A stretch of DNA of 64,000 bases from Catajapyx aquilonaris (taxonomy: Eukaryota): positions 1-64,000 of the forward strand of contig KZ538860.1 of NCBI GenBank assembly GCA_000934665.2. Reading direction: 5' to 3'. Positions 58,497-64,000 of this stretch are shown in pieces. The stretch's first letter is position 1, and every line of letters begins with the position of its first letter. The position numbers and the translations under genes were made by a program. Below the pieces are notes generated by a model. That model was not told the origin of the DNA. It saw only the letters and a list, made by a program, of their open reading frames with translations, and ran no database searches.

Positions 58497-59997
58497 ATGG
58501 CCCCTCCAAGAACTAAGAAGGAGGCTGCGAAACTGCGCGCGCGGGAGAGGATGCGGCAGGCGGCGGAGTGGAAAGGGAGGCTTCTGGCGGAGGTGCAGGC
58601 CCGGCCGGCCATCTGGGACAAGGGGGGCGGAGGACGAGATCGGGAGGCGGTCGAGGCCATGTGGGACCAAGTGGTCGAGGCCATGGGCTCCATGGACAGT
58701 AGGTGTCTTCTTCCCTCTGTCTAAAGCACTTGAAACACTTACAATGAGACTAATAATTGCCCAATTCTGTCTAAATACAATGTCAGAGGCCGAATGCAAA
58801 ACCGCATGGAGGAACCTAGTGGACATCCACAGGAAAGTCCACCAGCAAGTGAGCAGAGAGAAGAAGAGTGGGCAGGGATACGTGGCTCCCCCAAAGTGGC
58901 AGTATTATGATGCCATGTCGTTCCTGCGAGGTCGCGCAGAAAACAGGGTGTGAGTATATCACTATATACCGTTATGTCATGGGTGCCCAATGCGCAATTG
59001 TTCGCAATAGCATTGCAAATAGTTTATCGAGTCAATTTTCCGCAGTTGTGATACATCAATATTTCGCGAGCTTGGAAAAATTTCTAAACTCTGGAATTCA
59101 TTCCTCCAATAATGGAGTCGTGATAATTTTGTGGCTCAGTTGCATTGCAATTAATATAAGTGTTCCTCATGCCTCATTCAAGGGAAGAACTCGTGACTAT
59201 AGCCAACATCGACTGGGGACATACTGAAGAACCAGACATGTACGCCGACGACTCCCTGACAGCCGATGACTCCCTGACAGCCGACGACCCCCTGGCAGCC
59301 GACGACCCCCTGGCAGCCGACGATCCTTTGTCACCCCACATACATGACATTGCATCCCGTTCTTCCACTCCCACTGCATCCCTTTCTTCCACACCCACCA
59401 TACCGCTTTCCCCAAGCGCAACACAGACTCCCCACAGCATTGAACCTCAAAAGAAGAAGAAGAAGAGGATGGAGGAAATTGCCAAGACCTCTGCATCACA
59501 AAAGTCGGGCCTGCCAACGTCTGCATCGACAACTTCTCTACTGCCGATGTCTACGCCAGTGGATGACGCGATGATTAGAACATTGCAGGATATTCGTGCG
59601 TATGTAAAATTAAAAGCTTCGGTATCCCCCAATTACGTAAAGTAACATACGAACTGGGACGTCATTACAAGCCATTATTTTGTCCAATTGCCAGTCGTGC
59701 TGCAATCTTGCATCCAAAACAGATGGCAGTCCATTGTAATTTTTTCTGATGCTGTGAAAGTCATTGTGAATGTGACAATGCTAAAAGAAGCCATAATCTG
59801 TTTTAACCTATACTGAGTCATCACAACAATTAATGTTCCCTTTCAGGCGACTAAGTGAGGAGCCGTCCGACTTCAGCAGACTGTCACAGTACCTCGAGGG
59901 CCATTACACTAAATGGTCTGCCAGCAGCAAGGAGGCATTCGAGCATGCCGTTGTCAGATTAGCCTGGGACATCCACAAGGCTGACGGCGGAAAATAA
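58497..59997 (+). CDS. MADF (Adf-1-like) transcription factor with a C-terminal BESS-like helix; exons approx 58497-58698, 58787-58949, 59183-59599, 59847-59997
   Basis: LLAEVQARPAIWD..AMWDQV..ECKTAWRNLVDIHRK..KWQYYDAMSFL; C-terminus DFSRLSQYLEGHYTKWSASSKEAFEHAVVRLAWDI. Confidence 0.85.
59244..59333 (+). repeat. Five in-frame 18-bp tandem units encoding ADDSLT x2, ADDPLA x2, ADDPLS
   Basis: gccgacgactccctgaca / gccgatgactccctgaca / gccgacgaccccctggca x2 / gccgacgatcctttgtca. Confidence 0.95.
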
Positions 59998-60666
59998 AAT
60001 GTCCAGATTCAAAAAACTGACTCGCAAGTATTTCATTATTTACAATATGCAGTTGAATCTCCTTAATCTCAACTCTACGTAAATAGTAACAAAATGCCAA
60101 TAAGGTCAAGTCCCACACGAAGGAATATGGTGGATGGCTGTCAATTATAATTATGGAAGTTTCATTTTGTCCTGTGATGCACATGGCCCCACGTGACCAC
60201 AACCTGTTCAAGTATAACGACAATTAATTGTTTGCAGCAGGAAACTTATTCCAGGAATGTCCAGTCAATGTCCTGAAGGTCAGTGTTAAAGCGCAGAGTA
60301 TTCTAATGCTCGTGGTTACTTCCAACGCTGAATTTGTCGGTATGAGTTGTTTGCACTAATTAATAAAAAGAGAAGCACAAGTTAATTGAGCCAATTGAGC
60401 TGGAGGTGAGCTTCCCCCTGACAAGTAGCAGTTACCAAGAAGAAGCCGTTACTGCTCCTGCCAATAGCGCTTAAGGCCCTCCCTCCCCCTCCTTTCAACC
60501 GCCTTGTAGTGTGGGCGATACGAACGCACCCCACACACGTCACCAAGCCAAGATGGCCGACGTGTGGAACATCATCATTATTTTATAGTTAGCTGTGCAC
60601 GGCAAGTCTCTCGGGATTAATCGAGGCTGTGGTTCATACTGGCAGTGGGTGTTTCCCCTAAGGACA

Positions 60667-63388
60667 ATGTCCTCTTCTTCTGAACTGGTGGTCAAGGAGG
60701 AGGTGGAGGGGGAAGAACAGGCCGTCACTTCGGAGGCATGGAAGGTGGCTGTCAAGCAGGAGGCCACCGCGTTCTACTCTGATGATTGCCAAGACGCGTC
60801 GTCGTCGACAGCTGCAGGGGACGGCGGCGGGATTAAAGAGGAGCCGGACGAGGAGGAGGAGGAAGAGATGGTGGCTGCAGTGGCAGCAGGAGGGGATGCC
60901 GAAGAAGCGGTCGACCCTTTATCCACGGTTGGACGGACTGGCCAGGTATGAAGGATGATGAGTTGAATGGCCTGATCAACATGCACTGCTCCCGTCAACA
61001 ACAAACATCCCCAATTCTCAAGTTCCCACGGAGATGCCCTCAGGCAACAAGAACTAGCATGCCCGCAGGAGCTACTCCATTCGCATTGAGTACCGGCCAC
61101 ACAATCCAATGCCTTTCTTTTTTGCCCATATCCCATGGCCAGAAATCTCACGTATTCATTGACCCAGGCGTGATTGCTCAGCTCACATGAGTTTGTGTCA
61201 TAATATATTATGCTGCAGTTTGTCCAGGAAAAGGCTACATGGGATTTCAGGGAATTTTGAAGTACTGCAGCGTTGGCAGATGCATATTGAACCCAACATA
61301 GGACACATTCAAATCAAAATATTCCACATAGCATCCATTCATTTTTTTTTAGAGCAAACATAGGGGACAAGGTGGGGGTGGAGCAGGCAGAAATTTAGGG
61401 GAAAAAAACCATGTGGCCATGCATTATTTTCCTGAGCTGACTCCATCTGCACTCATCATTTTACACATCCCATAGGAATCAATTCTGTGCACATATTAAC
61501 TCGACCAATTGAGGCATGTGATTGGCCACCTCAGATGAGGCAATGAAAATTTCGCCAATTATTACTACATAATGGATCATAGGGCCAGTTTTCAGCATGG
61601 AGGCTATTTAATTCTTGCATATCCACTACAACACTAGTACACTACAGGGAAATGCCAGGTTGCTTGCTGGTACAGTAGTAGCAATCTAAATATTTATGAC
61701 CTCCTACCCTTACAGTTCCTTCAGATCTTTTCTCGTGATGCATATGTGCAAGCAGAAAAAAAATTATCTCTCACCCACCATGTAATTTTAGACTTTTTCT
61801 CATCGAAGACAAGTCTGGCATAACTGCCCGTCCGTCCATCTGCGGACAGGTTATCAGGGCCTAAACCGCTGGAGATAGCGACAAATTGTTGTCGGATTCA
61901 GATTTGGCAGACCCTGAATAGGTATCAGGGTCAACTTCTGGTTTTCCGGGTACACTCGATCCCCCAAGATCAACTCTATACTGTATAGGTGGGGTGTCCT
62001 GAGGATCCTTGGCAACATGGAATAGATTGCTCTCAGCCTAATTTCAGGAGTATTATCAGTACTACAACACTGCCAAATGAGAAAAAGTTCACTGGAATCA
62101 TGCTCGCGGCTATGGCAAGATGGATTTTACGATCCTGAATACAAGACTAACGTACATGCTTGACTTTACAATGTTGCAAGATATTTCTTGGTTGTTATGA
62201 AAGAATACTGAATCATGCAGCCATGGTAAACCACCTACTCCCCTCATCTCCAGGTTCGACATGTTAATGGGGACAGTTAATTCAGAGCTACCTCGTCATG
62301 CTCTAAACAGTTGTGATAATCTTGCGCTTTCCCACACTTTCTGTCCTGCTATCCCTCGTTCCCCAACTGCAAAATATTGCTCGATACCACCCATTTAAAC
62401 CATTTCCATCTTACAGGTGGCCCAAGAAAAACATGTTGCGAGCATGGAGGAAGACATTCAGACGGAAAGTCAAATGCCGAGAAGTGAGGGAGAAAATCAG
62501 GGATACAGGAAGACTTGCTCGGGAGAGGAGCCACTCGCTTGTCCATTGTGCCAAGAGAAGTTTAGTCTAGGACATGAATTTAGAAGGCACATGTTAAGTC
62601 ACCCCAAGGAGAAGCCTTTCATTTGCCAGATATGCCAAGAGGGTTTCTGTCTGGAAGCCCAGCTGTTGGGCCACTTGTCAAGTCACCCTCCTAACGAGAC
62701 GCCTTTTGTTTGCCAGATATGCCAAAAGGGTTTCTATGGAGAAGCCCAGCTCTCAGCCCACACGAGAGCTCATTCAATAGAAAAGCAATATGTTTGTCAA
62801 GTGTGCCAGAAGAAATTCCCTTGGCCATCTGACTTGAAAAAACACTTGGTAACGCACACGGAAGAGAAGCCTTTTGATTGCAAAGTGTGTCAAAAAAAGT
62901 TTAGTAGGGCATCTGATCTGAAGAAACACCTAGTGATTCACACAGAAGATAAGCCTTTTGATTGCCAAGTGTGCCAAAAATCTTTTTATAGGGCGTCTGA
63001 TTTGAAGAAGCACTTAGTGTCTCACACAGGAGAGACCCCATATTTCTGTCACGTATGCCAGAAAAATTTCAGGAGTTCATCTAGTTTGGCCAACCACCTA
63101 AAAATCCACACGGGGGAGAAGCCGTACTGTTGTGACACCTGCCAGAAAAGATTTAGCCAGTCCAATGATTTGAAAGTACACAAGAGGATTCACACTGGGG
63201 AAAAACCATTCGCATGCACAGTGTGCCCGATGAAATTCCGCCAGGCACGTCATTTGAAAGTCCACATGTGGACTCACACCGGAGAGAGACCAATTGCATG
63301 CACGCTATGCCAGAAGGCATTTCGCCAGGAATGTCATTTGAGAGACCACATGAAGAGGGCTCACACTGAAGAGAAGACACGTGCCTGA
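60667..63388 (+). CDS. Cluster gene ZNF-K: acidic exon 60667-60945 + C2H2 exon 62417-63388 (10 fingers)
   Basis: LVVKEE..EAWKVAVKQE..IKEEP..EMVA..VDPL; phase-0 intron. Confidence 0.9.
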
Positions 63389-64000
63389 ACCATGTCAGGT
63401 TGGCTGCAGTGGCTGCAGAACTCTTGGTAACCAGTTCATCAGGAAATTAGCCAATTGATGACTTATGTTTCCCCCCATCTCCACATTCCGTACCCTCTGC
63501 TCAGTGATTCTCAAGGTTTTCTCTCTCTCTCTCTCTGTCCATAGTGGTTGAGTTTTACTAGTGGTTTTATTTTGTGAATTGAACTAAATTGCTGCAAGAT
63601 CGGTTGTGTGGAATCAAATAATATTCCTTTTGTTACATTATTGTGGGGCATTATTAGTGAGGAAGTACCAGAGAAACTTTACAGACATTGTGAAGAAAGT
63701 GTATTATGGTTATGGATATTAATTATATGGGTACAACTTGGTGATCAGGGGATAAGACATGGGCTCCATGCTATAGAGTGTGTCACACTACTGTAGAAGA
63801 CCTTCGCATAGGGGTCAAATGGTGAGAAAAAGTATATCCTTTTTGCAAGTTCCCATGACATGGACCCTGCAATGGCAACGATGACTGCCCCTTTTCTGTA
63901 CAGCTTCAATGGAGAATCAATCGACACACAATAAATTATATGCCTATCAGTTCTATATTGAGGATTTGCATGTTGTTGTTTGAGGCAGTGAGTTCCGCAG

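Overview
Compact, gene-dense animal genomic DNA, most consistent with an arthropod (MADF-BESS gene, arrow/NnaD-like proteins). Many introns are short (50-100 nt) and there are two assembly gaps. The first half holds conserved genes: sine oculis/Six1-2, TRAF6 head-to-head with RPL39, cytosolic carboxypeptidase AGBL2/3 (NnaD-like), LRP5/6 (arrow), and PGP head-to-head with RPS10, plus MITEs and foldback elements. RPL39 intron 2 carries a candidate composite box C/D + H/ACA scaRNA whose guide is complementary to U5 snRNA loop 1. The second half (33.5-63.4 kb) is a tandem cluster built from a reusable cassette: a four-motif promoter (11 full or partial copies), an acidic phase-0 exon with psi-K-x-E, W-x-L-x-L-K-E and D-D-P-L motifs, and a variable payload exon. 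The payload is mostly C2H2 zinc-finger arrays but once a transposase-like domain. The same promoter also precedes an F-box/LRR gene and sits back-to-back with a MADF-BESS gene that has tandemly amplified the DDPL motif. The architecture resembles KRAB-/ZAD-ZNF clusters, but the effector exon matches neither domain. Exon structures were inferred by eye from GT-AG sites and frame continuity; no searches were run.
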